Shown here: piece after piece, positions 7,101 through 16,461 of the stretch
Position numbering within the stretch: position 1 is the stretch's first letter
Layout: each line of letters begins with the position of its first letter
Notes under the pieces: model-generated
Database searches by the model: none
What the model was told of the DNA's origin: nothing
The model's input: the letters and a program-made list of their open reading frames with translations, nothing else
Position numbers and translations under genes: made by a program
NCBI GenBank assembly: GCA_046582655.1
Contig: JAYGDX010000315.1
Span: forward strand, 1-16,461
Direction: 5' to 3'
From: Candidatus Poribacteria bacterium
GTDB taxonomy: Bacteria; Poribacteria; WGA-4E; UBA9662
Length of the DNA stretch: 16,461 nt

Positions 7101-7835
7101 TTAATTTCCCAATTCAGTTTGAGCCAGAACCGTTTTCAGTCGATCTGGGTAATTTGTCAAAATTCCGTCAACGCCGATCTCAATGTAAGACCTCATATCT
7201 TCAGGTGTATCCGCATAAAAAACGTGAACAGCCAAACCTGCTAGATGCGCTCGCTGAACGAAATCCAACGTTGTGATATCTCTCCCAGGTTGGAGTGATC
7301 GAAGTCCCATTGCCACAGATTGCTGAATATATTCTTCAGCTGTGCGTTGCCCACGACCAACCCGACATTCAATTGATGGAGCAATCGAGGCAAAATGCCT
7401 AACGCTCTCATCATCACATAGGAGGATTGAGTCGTTAACCATTCGAAAATCATGTAGTCCCCTGACAATAGCATGTTTATAGTCTCCGGATGGGTCGCGG
7501 CTTTTCTTTAGATGAACGTTGAGCTTGACTTGTCCATGTACTAAATCTAATACTTCTTCCCATGTGGGCACACGTTCATCTCGGAACCGCTGACCGAACC
7601 AACTTCCGGCATCCAGAGCTTTAATCTCACTAAAGGTTAGATTGGTGATTGCACCTGTGCCGTTTGTCGTTCGGTCGACGGTTGAATCATGCATGGCAAC
7701 CAACTGTCCATCTCTGCTAAAATGCAGGTCAATTTCGATCTCATCGACGCCAATTTCCAGTGCCCTCTGAAAGGCAAGCAAGGTGTTTTCAGGATAATTC
7801 CCTGATGCGCCTCGATGCGCAACATTTGCGACCAT
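7101..7835 (-). CDS. Glycerophosphodiester phosphodiesterase family protein (UgpQ/GlpQ-like, cytoplasmic)
   Basis: Motifs AHRGAS..PENTL.AF, EIDLH, MHDSTVDRTTNG, LDAGSWF, VPTWEEVL and GVDGILTNYP. Confidence 0.93.
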   Translation of the reverse strand: MVANVAHRGASGNYPENTLLAFQRALEIGVDEIEIDLHFSRDGQLVAMHDSTVDRTTNGTGAITNLTFSEIKALDAGSWFGQRFRDERVPTWEEVLDLVHGQVKLNVHLKKSRDPSGDYKHAIVRGLHDFRMVNDSILLCDDESVRHFASIAPSIECRVGRGQRTAEEYIQQSVAMGLRSLQPGRDITTLDFVQRAHLAGLAVHVFYADTPEDMRSYIEIGVDGILTNYPDRLKTVLAQTELGN

Positions 7836-7931
7836 TTCAACAATCCTTTTTGACTATTTTGGGTAATTGCTATCATACGACACTTGACTTTTAGTAGCAA
7901 GACCTCGAGGTTCATTTGTATTGATTTTTTA

Positions 7932-9243
7932 TTAGCTAATAAGGTTTTGGTACGTTGTCTGTATTAAATACCACTGATTGTAAAATGGTAACCGAAACAA
8001 CCAAAAACACCAGATGTCAGTTAAGGGCAGTCCACTTTCCTCTTTAACCTCTCGGTCGAACGCCTGCATCATCTCTGTCATATCAGAGACGCGTTTGGGA
8101 TGTTCATCCGACAGATCATAACTTTCGTAGGGATCGATCTCCAAGTCAATCAGGCGGGGCATCTCCGGTTTCCGCCGACCTTTCCCTGAACCTTCAGCAA
8201 TTTGCAACTTCCATTTACCAAGGCGGAGTGCGTTCAGGTCAGTACCTCTGAAGATAATACAATGGTCGTTCCGGCATTGACTTACCCTTAATAAGGGGAA
8301 GGATATCCAGCCCATCGATCACGCGGTTGCTGGGCTGATCCAGACCTGCCAGCGTGAGAAAAGTGGGAAGAAAATCCATTTGGCTAGCTGGGTTGGTACA
8401 GACAGATCCTGGTAGAATCAAGCGTGAATACTGTGCCACACACGGCATCCGCATACCGCCTTCATAGGTATCAAACTTCCTACTACGCAACCCACCCGTG
8501 CTACCTTCAAACCAAGGGCCGTTGTCGCTGGTGACAATGACTAGCGTGTCGTCGGTTAATCTCAGTTCGTCTAGTGTGTCCATCAGCCGTCCCAAATGGT
8601 AGTCGATGCATTCGATGGTATCCCCATAGACACCGGCATTTGACCGTCCTCGGAATTCTGGTTCGACGTAAAGCGGAATGTGCGGCATAGTATGCGCAAT
8701 GTAGATAAAGAACGGTTGTTCAGTATTTTCCTGATGGGTCGATTGGATGAAAGAAATGACTTAATCAGTGTAACGCCGTGTTAGTTGTGCCTGATCAACT
8801 TCAGTTTCAATTGCCTCTTTATTCTCGTAAAGATGCAACGGGTTCATATCGTTGCTATAGAGTAGCCCGAAATAGTAGTCGAAACCGTGACGGGTCGCGT
8901 AGTGCTGTGGGCAACAACCCAAATGCCACTTTCCTAAACAAGCACTTTTGTAATCTCCTTCTTTTAGGCAGTCCGCGATCGTCTTTTCCGCATTGGTCAG
9001 ACCTTCCTCATCTTTTGGAAATAGAACTCGGGGTAGACCAACACGCTGTGGGTAGCGTCCGGTGAGCAAACCGCAACGGGATGGCGTACAAATGGGTGAG
9101 GCAGAATAGAGATCGGTAAATTTGACTCCATTTGCGGCGATCTGATCCATGACTGGTGTTCTGATAGCTTTTGTCCCATAACAACCCATGTCACCGTAAC
9201 CCATATCGCCCATGAAAATGATGATAAAATTGGTCTTTTCCAT
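7932..9243 (-). pseudogene. Arylsulfatase (formylglycine-dependent, Cys-type), disrupted
   Basis: GAGG RBS and ATG at 9243. Motifs DMGYGD, CTPSRCGLLTGR, GKWHLG, PHIPL and TSDNGPW. There is an in-frame TAA at 8761-8763, after which the reading continues VISFIQ...QPFFIYIAHTMPH. A +1 frameshift near 8250 follows (PLYY / FRGTDLNALRLGKWKL). The true 3' end is uncertain. Confidence 0.9.
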
Positions 9244-9761
9244 AATTACCTCATAGAATTTCCAAATCTTTTGAAACACAGGTGAGATGCCTGCAAAGTT
9301 TAGTGGCATTACCTTAAATTGAAATTGGAAGATGATAACAGACTTGATAACAATTTTCCAATTACAGCGCATGCTGGTTCTGTTTATAGTGATGTTGAGC
9401 GAGATAATTGAGATATTCTGGATCCAGTTCGAGCGTCTCCACCAATGTACGGATTGTTGTTTCACTCAGATACGCAGAAAACTCAAACTTTGTCTTTCTA
9501 ATTATAGATGTACAGAGATCCTTTTGGCTAACCGTATGACGCCAACAACTTGTTGTTGAGAATCCAAAATGCTAAACTTGTTTTCTCAGGTCAACCACAA
9601 GTTCAAGATTAAGAATGTGTTCTGTTAAGGAAGGAGAGTCCTTTCACTTAGCATATTTAAAAACGACAGCAAAATAAATAAGAGAAAGCTGAATCCCGTT
9701 TGCATGCCTGCATAGGGTATTTTGAAAGCTATGATTTTCGTTCCATCGAGTAACTGAAAAT

Positions 9762-11804
9762 ATGGTGCATCCGACCGTTAATTTGAGCCACTTAATATTT
9801 CTTCCCATCCTATTGTTTTTCCTGACGATGACCAAGGTCAGAGCAGATAACAACAATCAATCCATTAAAATGGACGAAATTGTTATCATGCCGGGAAGGT
9901 TCTCCATAGTAGATCGAATCAGGTCAAATCTTACTTTATCCAAAAAAGAAATCGAGAATTTCCCTTTGATAGATAACGATATCATGAGATCTGTTCAGAT
10001 ATTTCCGGGTGTAATTTCTAATGATTTCTCAGCTCGGTTTAACGTACGTGGGGGAGAAAAAGATGAGATTTTGGTTCGTCTCGACGGAATGGAACTTTAT
10101 GAGCCATTTCATCTGCAGGACTACGGTGGGGCATTATCGGTTATAGACTTGGGGTTGCTAGATCGAGCTGATTTGCTGATGGGCGGTTTCCCGGCCAAAT
10201 ATGGCGGAAAAATGTCAGGTGTCTTCGACATTATATCCAAAGATGGTAACCGAGACAAAATCACTGGCAATTTTGGGATCGATTTAATTAATGCGCATGC
10301 TCTTCTAGAAGGCCCTCTTTCAAAACAGGGGTCTTGGATCCTGTCAATCCGCCGTGGATATTTCGATCTACTATTACCCATGATCTTTTCTCTCTTAGAA
10401 GAGTATGAAAAAGAATATAAACCCGAGTATGCCGATTTATATTCCAAAGTAGGCTACGATTTAACAGATAAAGATAAGCTCAGTTTGAATGTCCTTTATA
10501 GTTGGGACAAAAACTTAGTGGATTCTCATTTAGGGGAAGAAGACCTAAATTCGCGGTACCGAAATGGGATGCTATGGTTAAAGTGGCGTCACTTTCTCAA
10601 TCAGAAGGTATGGTCAGACCTATTCTTTTTTAACGGATTATCGGATCGAAATCGCCAGGAAGGATTCGGAACTCAGCGGGCTTTGGATATTCGGGACTTG
10701 AATTATTTTGGTTTCAAGTGGGAAGTCTTTACCAAGGCCTCCCATAAGCACCTTGTCCAATTGGGCTTAGATTGGAGACAGTCTGGAGGAAGATATGACT
10801 ATTTCAATCAGCTGGGAGTTAATCAAGCCAAGCCAATCGAAGTGAAAATCGAGAAGACGGGAAGTGACCTTAATGCTTATCTGCAGGATGAGTGGAGAGT
10901 TCACTCTCGAACCGCCATCAATTTTGGTGTTCGGTTTCTAAGACAAAGCTATAGGTCGGATGAAGTCAGGAAATATGAACTGAGTCCAAGGATCGCACTG
11001 GCTTTTAAGCCGACCAAAGATATCGTCTTACGTGGAGCATGGGGACATTATCATCAGCCAATCAACTTGATCGCTATGCCTGTGGAAGACCAGCATACTG
11101 AAATTGGTCGTGCAGAGCTCGCTACACATTTTGTTTTTGGTGCTGAGTATCTGGGATTAGAAAATTCTTATTTCCTTTTGGAGGCATATTATAAAAGGTT
11201 AGACAATTTAACTGGTCGAATGCATGTCTATGGTAGGCAACCGGTGATTCTGACTAACCCAGATTCAGGTGAGGCTAGTGGTCTGGAATTACTGATGAGA
11301 CATCAAATTTCTGACCGCCTGAATTGCAATTTAGGTTATGGTTTATCAGTAGCAAAAGAGAAAATTGGAGACAAAGAGTTTTTCCGGTCATTTGACCAGC
11401 GACATAGTATGGGTTTGAACTTCAACTATCACCTTTCATTAAAGTCGAATTTGAATGTCGGATGGCGGTTTCATTCAGGTCAACCGGCAACACCATTAGA
11501 AAATAGTCTGATTATTCTGCCCAGTGGAACCGCTGTTTGCGAAAGGGGTATTGGTGAATATAATTCGGAACGGCTTCCTGTTTACCATAGTCTTGATGTT
11601 CGCTTGACTCGGTCAGTTAATCACAGGAAGTGGGACATTAGTTGGTACTTCCAGATCATCAACTTGTACTCGCGGAAAAATATAGACGCACGGGTATTAA
11701 AGACGGTTAAAAACGAGGAAACTGGTGCAATCACTGGTTGCGAGGTTGTTGATGAACCTTTATTGCCAATTGTTCCCACCCTAGGATTCAATATCAGGTT
11801 TTAA
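9762..11804 (+). CDS. TonB-dependent outer-membrane receptor
   Basis: Signal peptide, MDEIVI TonB-box-like segment, plug motifs (FPGV, FNVRGG, RLDG, GGFPAKYGGKMSGV), barrel motifs (YLQDEW, SPRIAL, FDQRH, YHSLDVR, NLY) and a terminal Phe. Confidence 0.93.
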   Translation: MVHPTVNLSHLIFLPILLFFLTMTKVRADNNNQSIKMDEIVIMPGRFSIVDRIRSNLTLSKKEIENFPLIDNDIMRSVQIFPGVISNDFSARFNVRGGEKDEILVRLDGMELYEPFHLQDYGGALSVIDLGLLDRADLLMGGFPAKYGGKMSGVFDIISKDGNRDKITGNFGIDLINAHALLEGPLSKQGSWILSIRRGYFDLLLPMIFSLLEEYEKEYKPEYADLYSKVGYDLTDKDKLSLNVLYSWDKNLVDSHLGEEDLNSRYRNGMLWLKWRHFLNQKVWSDLFFFNGLSDRNRQEGFGTQRALDIRDLNYFGFKWEVFTKASHKHLVQLGLDWRQSGGRYDYFNQLGVNQAKPIEVKIEKTGSDLNAYLQDEWRVHSRTAINFGVRFLRQSYRSDEVRKYELSPRIALAFKPTKDIVLRGAWGHYHQPINLIAMPVEDQHTEIGRAELATHFVFGAEYLGLENSYFLLEAYYKRLDNLTGRMHVYGRQPVILTNPDSGEASGLELLMRHQISDRLNCNLGYGLSVAKEKIGDKEFFRSFDQRHSMGLNFNYHLSLKSNLNVGWRFHSGQPATPLENSLIILPSGTAVCERGIGEYNSERLPVYHSLDVRLTRSVNHRKWDISWYFQIINLYSRKNIDARVLKTVKNEETGAITGCEVVDEPLLPIVPTLGFNIRF

Positions 11805-12097
11805 TAAATGGTCGCTAACTTTAACTGACTGAGATCTTAAACCCCTTGGGTTGTCGCTTTCAGGATGGATTAGCTTCGCTGTTGAGTTCCAGTTAATATG
11901 GAGTAGGTTGTGAGTTACTGTCACTCAAGCGCTACAACCCCTTCCATCTCGGATGTACTACCAAGCATGTAGGCAGCTAGAAGATACGGCACTGGGAATA
12001 ATCGAAAGAATCACACCAAGCTCGTTGGGCAAGGTTGGTCTGGTCGATCGATGTCTTCTCAACCAAGCTTTTTCTCAAATCACAGAAAGAGATCTTA

Positions 12098-15000
12098 ATG
12101 AAAAAAAATCATTTATTAACAATTCCGGTTGACTGGAAAAGCGAGCCATATGCCAGAGTGAGTTATGAAGTTACGATGGAAGCCTCTGAGCTTCACCTCA
12201 CATCTGGAGTCGAATACAATTTTCAGTGTGTTTCGGGGCTCGGTAAGGATAGTGGATGGCAGAGTAGTCCAATTTACATCGATACGAATTTGCAGCCTGA
12301 AACAGAATATGCCTACACGGTTCAAGCTCGATCCATTGCTAATCCGGAACAGGTGTCATCTCCTACTTCGCCTTATAGAGTGAAAACACAAGCAGCCAAC
12401 TCTGTAGACCGGATCATGGATCAACTGGAGTTGACACCTCTTGTCTATAATGGAAATAAAAATAACCGCATCAATATCGTGGTTATGAACCGATGGGTTG
12501 AAAACGATGCTGAGCCTTACAACCGACCGGAGATGAAGGATGAATTTATTGCCGACGTAGAGAATTCAGTTGTTAAAGCACTTACGCTTGGAGATCCTGA
12601 AGCTGTTACACCATATGCAAACTACAGTACTTTCTATAATATTTATGCGCTTTGGTGGCCAAACATACCGGCGTGGGATCCTGAACGATCAGAATGCTTG
12701 GGGTGGAAACAGGTACAGGAAATTCGTAATCGGTTGTTTCTTCCCTGGCGGAATGAATATACTGGTTGGGTGACATTACTATCTATGCTTAACACATCGG
12801 GTGGTGGTGGCGGCGCTGGACGAGAACTTTTACCGCGAGTTGGTGATGCTTACATCGTTGGAAACGAGATCGCCAGCATGATGCATGAATTTGCCCACAC
12901 TGCTACCGGAATTGCCGATGAGTATACTTCTTCAGGAAAGTGGGGGATTGGAAGCGAAACTTATAATACAACCAATTTTTATCATCGTGATCAGGTGAAA
13001 TGGCAGGCCTGGATTGATCCCGATACCCCCGTGCCGACACCCTACACCGATGAGTATCTGGGTGTGGTTGGGTTGTTTGAAGGCGGGCAGCATCGATTAA
13101 GTGATCATTTCCGTCCCACGGCCAGAGGGTGTCTGATGGGAGCGGGTACTTTTGGTGTTCAGCACCTGTGTCCCATCTGTGTGCAACGCACCATTCTCAA
13201 ACACTACGACCTTGTCAACCCTATTGAGAGAATTACTCCGGCTCAAAAAGAGATACAGGTCGATGGAGAAACATCTATCCAGTTTCAGGTCATTCACCTA
13301 AAACCTGAACCGAATACGCAGGAGACAGAATGGCGTTTGAATGGAAAAGTGATTGCCGTAAATGTCGATCAGGTGGAGGTAACCTTTGGTTCTACCGACC
13401 ACTACCAACTGACTTTCTCTCTGGCAGATAAAACCAAGCAGATCCGTCCAGATCCCCCTTATGCAGCGTATCCTCTTCACCAAGTTTGTTGGATCATCAA
13501 CAATTCGAATCCCATCCATGATTCCTTACCGCTGGAAATTGAGATGGAGGCGACAAATCCCAGTTTTCTTGGGAATGATGGGCAGATTCAGTCCAAAGTC
13601 AGCGGTGGTACGCCTCCCTATGAATACATTTGGTCGAACGGAGGTCAGGATCCCTTTTTGTCGGATTTGTCTGCTGGCACCTATGAACTACATGTTGTTG
13701 ATCAGCACTTTGGCTATGCAACAACCAGTTATCAGCTGGAGCAAAAGTCAAAGTTAGACGTAGATCTGCGTTCGGTGTGGACTAAGGATGGATGGAAAGC
13801 TGACTTGAACTTGGAAAGTGATGAACAATTAAATTATTGGTGGTCTACCGGGGCTGTGACCAATACTGTCAATGGGTTAAAAGACGGGATCTATCAATAC
13901 AAGATTTCAAATGCCGATGGCGTGGAATTGAAGGACGAAATCCATCTTCTTAAACCAGAAGTGTCGCTGCAAGCCGTATCTGGAATCATTCCAGCGACAA
14001 CAGGGCAAATGGATGGCGCCGTTTGGCTCAACATCCATGGTGGCAGAGAACCCTATACCGTAACCTGGGCAGACCCACGACTTTGCTCTGATGAAATCAT
14101 CCTCTATCAGGCTGAAGAAGCACAATACCTGGGTCCTATTTCCAGCCGAGATGAGGGATGCTTCGGTAAAGAAATGGGTTGCTTACAATTTGAAAGGCAA
14201 GCAGGTTGGATCGAATGGCAAATCACCGTACCATTAACCAGCCGCTACCCGCTTACCTTTCGCTATAAGGCCGAAGATGGGGCCACGGCACTGCTTTTGA
14301 TCAATGGTGATGATATAGATCAGCACTTGGTGTTCCCAAAGTCAGGAGATTGGCAAGATTACCAGCAGGAAGTTGACCTTCAGGATGGTACAAACTCCAT
14401 TCGGTTACAGGTAGAAGATCAATCAATGTTGAGCTTGGACTATCTTTCAGTACCGCAGAAGACTTGGTTTGAAAAACCAGATGAACGGATTAGGACTTCA
14501 CTTCCAGCAGGAACATATACAGCTCTCATCAAGGATGCCAACTGCACAGCCATTGAAAAAACGGTTCAGATTCCAAAGGCAAATCGTTTCCTACTTGAAA
14601 ATGTTAACTTGGAGAAGGTTGATACTGATAAAGTCCGGATTGCTAATCCCAACCCGGATTGCCATTACTACTGGTACGATGCTGACTTTTCGATCCACCA
14701 CGCAGATCAAACGATTAGGCCTCTTGCCCAAGGAACAGGTTTTGAACCTGAGCGATCAGGGAATTACTACCTTTCCTGTCAGCGGATTTCTGACGGAGCT
14801 ATCAGCCAGAATCGGGTCGGGTTTGCTGTTACTAAAGGCGACAGACTCTCGCCATATAGCAATCATGTTTCTAAAACTGAATTGGAACCAGACCAACTCT
14901 CGGCCAACTTGCTCCTGTGGTTGGATGCCAGTCAAGCTGAAAGTACTGAGGACATCCCTCTCAAACGAGGTGCGCTGATTGGCTGGAAGGGAAAAGGTCA

Positions 15001-15499
15001 TACCATTGGCTTTGATCCTAATGGGTTTGTCTATTATCAACCCAATGTACAAAATGGTAAAGCAATTGTTAGTTGGGAAACAATTTGGTTACAAGGACTG
15101 GAAAAGCCCATTTCTGGATTCCAGACTGTCATCATGGTTTATCGCGAACATCCGTTGTCTTCTCCTGGTTCTTCTCCTTGGTTTGGCTTAAGTCCTTTTA
15201 TTGGCTGTGGTACAAACCAGTTGTTTTCACCTGATGCCCCCGACGAAATTCTGAAGGGTGCTGTTTATATCAATGGGGTCAAGGTTGATCCTCTGCAAAT
15301 CCCTCAGCCCGAAGACTTCTGCGTGGCAACCTTTGAGTTCACTCAAGTCATTGAGAGCGAGATTAAGTACACCGATACCGGATGGGAAGGAGCTATTGGT
15401 GAAATGTTGATTTATGATGGTTTACTGTCTGATCAGGAACGCCAGCAATTGGAAACCGATTTGTACCGAAAATGGATTTCCTACATCCACCTGAAATAA
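12098..15499 (+). CDS. Modular M64-family (IgA peptidase-like) metallopeptidase with FN3-like, SprB, CBM6/35-like, Ig-like and ConA/LamG-like modules
   Basis: NRINIVVM, HEFAHTATGIADEY (12884 onward) and FEGG...FRPT..GCLM...LCPIC match M64. VSGGTPPYEYIWSNG...LSAGTY matches SprB. YQAEEA...LQDGTNSIRL...LDYL is CBM6/35-like. LLLWLDAS...GAIGEMLIYDGLLSDQERQQLE is ConA/LamG-like. I prefer the ATG at 12098 to the TTG at 12035. Confidence 0.85.
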   Translation: MKKNHLLTIPVDWKSEPYARVSYEVTMEASELHLTSGVEYNFQCVSGLGKDSGWQSSPIYIDTNLQPETEYAYTVQARSIANPEQVSSPTSPYRVKTQAANSVDRIMDQLELTPLVYNGNKNNRINIVVMNRWVENDAEPYNRPEMKDEFIADVENSVVKALTLGDPEAVTPYANYSTFYNIYALWWPNIPAWDPERSECLGWKQVQEIRNRLFLPWRNEYTGWVTLLSMLNTSGGGGGAGRELLPRVGDAYIVGNEIASMMHEFAHTATGIADEYTSSGKWGIGSETYNTTNFYHRDQVKWQAWIDPDTPVPTPYTDEYLGVVGLFEGGQHRLSDHFRPTARGCLMGAGTFGVQHLCPICVQRTILKHYDLVNPIERITPAQKEIQVDGETSIQFQVIHLKPEPNTQETEWRLNGKVIAVNVDQVEVTFGSTDHYQLTFSLADKTKQIRPDPPYAAYPLHQVCWIINNSNPIHDSLPLEIEMEATNPSFLGNDGQIQSKVSGGTPPYEYIWSNGGQDPFLSDLSAGTYELHVVDQHFGYATTSYQLEQKSKLDVDLRSVWTKDGWKADLNLESDEQLNYWWSTGAVTNTVNGLKDGIYQYKISNADGVELKDEIHLLKPEVSLQAVSGIIPATTGQMDGAVWLNIHGGREPYTVTWADPRLCSDEIILYQAEEAQYLGPISSRDEGCFGKEMGCLQFERQAGWIEWQITVPLTSRYPLTFRYKAEDGATALLLINGDDIDQHLVFPKSGDWQDYQQEVDLQDGTNSIRLQVEDQSMLSLDYLSVPQKTWFEKPDERIRTSLPAGTYTALIKDANCTAIEKTVQIPKANRFLLENVNLEKVDTDKVRIANPNPDCHYYWYDADFSIHHADQTIRPLAQGTGFEPERSGNYYLSCQRISDGAISQNRVGFAVTKGDRLSPYSNHVSKTELEPDQLSANLLLWLDASQAESTEDIPLKRGALIGWKGKGHTIGFDPNGFVYYQPNVQNGKAIVSWETIWLQGLEKPISGFQTVIMVYREHPLSSPGSSPWFGLSPFIGCGTNQLFSPDAPDEILKGAVYINGVKVDPLQIPQPEDFCVATFEFTQVIESEIKYTDTGWEGAIGEMLIYDGLLSDQERQQLETDLYRKWISYIHLK

Positions 15500-15532
15500 G
15501 CTTGTTACTTATTTATAGCTGAATAAACCATC

Positions 15533-15604
15533 TCAATGTTAACGTTGACTAAGGCTAAATTAGCCTGTTGAACAACTGGGCTTATGCGGTTGCCTATGCC
15601 AGTT
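15533..15604. other. Three tandem hairpins downstream of the peptidase; possible terminator region
   Basis: TCAATGTT/AACGTTGA (15533-15548), AGGCTAA/TTAGCCT (15552-15566) and AACTGG/CCAGTT (15574-15604). Confidence 0.35.
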
Positions 15605-15721
15605 AGGTTGGTAGTATGGTTATGCGCTTAGGGCTGAAAATGAACCTAGTCCAGTTTCTAATTGAGATTGGGAGTAATAGAAATGTAGGATATAATTACA
15701 GAATTCAGGGGGTGATGACTA

Positions 15722-15976
15722 ATGAAAAAGATTGGATACCTGCTGCTTATCATAGCAGCGGCTTCTATGTTATTGGCGATGCTCATTGGGCTCACTGTCG
15801 GCTTACTAGAGGTTCCATTTAGTGACAGTACAGCACTCGAATCAATCTTGGTAACGTTGTGGATAGTTGGAACCTTACTCGTTTTTTTAGGTCTGTCTTT
15901 TCTTCTAGTAAAGGTTATCAAAGAACGACTACAAAACAAGGAAGATAATTATTATGCCCAAAAAGTGGATAAATAG
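15722..15976 (+). CDS. Small two-TM membrane protein
   Basis: GGGGGTG RBS. Two hydrophobic helices and a charged tail KERLQNKEDNYYAQKVDK. It ends 15 nt upstream of the YbjQ gene. Confidence 0.8.
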   Translation: MKKIGYLLLIIAAASMLLAMLIGLTVGLLEVPFSDSTALESILVTLWIVGTLLVFLGLSFLLVKVIKERLQNKEDNYYAQKVDK

Positions 15977-15991
15977 AAATGGGAGGTTCAA

Positions 15992-16330
15992 ATGTTGATG
16001 ACAACTCAGAACCGGTTCGAAGACCATGAAATCACTGAGACTCTAGGTGTAGTCAAAGGAAGTACCATTCGATCTCGGCATATAGGGAAAGACATCACCG
16101 CATGGTTGCGCAATATTGTGGGTGGAGAGATTACAGAATACACCAAAATGATGGGCGAGTCCCGTGAACAGGCGGTTGACCGCATGATTGCGGAGGCAGA
16201 AAGTCAGGGCGCTGATGGGATCGTTTGCATGCGATTTACCACCTCGACAGTGATGCAAGCTTCGGCCGAACTTCTGGCTTATGGTACTGCGGTGCGCTTA
16301 AAGCAGAAAGAAGAATCATCAGATACCTAA
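15992..16330 (+). CDS. ybjQ: YbjQ / UPF0145 family protein
   Basis: GGGAGG RBS. LGVVKGSTIRSRHIGKDITAWLRNIVGGEITEYTKMMGESREQAVDRM..EAESQGADGIV.MRF...ELLAYGTAV is the family signature. Confidence 0.95.
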   Translation: MLMTTQNRFEDHEITETLGVVKGSTIRSRHIGKDITAWLRNIVGGEITEYTKMMGESREQAVDRMIAEAESQGADGIVCMRFTTSTVMQASAELLAYGTAVRLKQKEESSDT

Positions 16331-16461
16331 ATTTTGGGTCCAATTTGATGTAAATGCATGACTTTCGTTCAGTCCAACTGAAGGCTTGGCAGCAAAAATG
16401 ATCGAGCCTTTTTTAACTTAAAATTATTGATAAACTTTTCCTAACAGGCAAAAAAATGAAA

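Noticed and set aside
8761..8763. Stop-codon recoding (Sec/Pyl or alternative code) in the sulfatase
   Set aside because: The stop is TAA, which ends many genes in this window, and the gene also has a frameshift.
9244..9465. N-terminal extension of the sulfatase given in the ORF track
   Set aside because: It is not sulfatase-like. The RBS and ATG at 9243 directly precede the expected NFIIIF strand.
9570..9761. Cobalamin or TPP riboswitch upstream of the TonB receptor
   Set aside because: I recognised no B12-box or TPP core motifs.
11940..12000. HEARO/omega RNA-like segment
   Set aside because: The resemblance is only a few nucleotides and there is no IscB/TnpB gene nearby.
15567..15608. 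attC site after the M64 peptidase (GTTAGGT at 15602-15608)
   Set aside because: There is no proper RYYYAAC and no L boxes with correct spacing. It is better explained as a simple hairpin.
1..16461. CRISPR array
   Set aside because: I saw no regularly spaced direct repeats.

Overview
A bacterial window of roughly 40-45% GC (estimated by eye) with two blocks. The left block (1-9243) is mostly minus strand. It holds a partial lipoprotein missed by the ORF track, two tiny ORFs, a membrane/coiled-coil protein, an atypical MDR dehydrogenase, two Gfo/Idh/MocA-type oxidoreductases, a glycerophosphodiester phosphodiesterase and a broken arylsulfatase. The right block (9762-16330) is plus strand: a TonB-dependent receptor, a large modular M64 metallopeptidase, a small membrane protein and a YbjQ protein. 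The gene mix resembles Poribacteria or PVC-like heterotrophs; this is an impression, not a taxonomic call. The intergenic spaces contain many relics. The most notable is a frameshifted integron-integrase N-terminus (4268-4358, +) with an attC-like site (2857-2931, -) in the orientation expected for an integron. Others are a MITE-like nested palindrome, a truncated lamin-tail-domain gene, a tRNA T-arm-like hairpin and a possible 39-aa micro-lipoprotein. No rRNA, complete tRNA or CRISPR array was seen.
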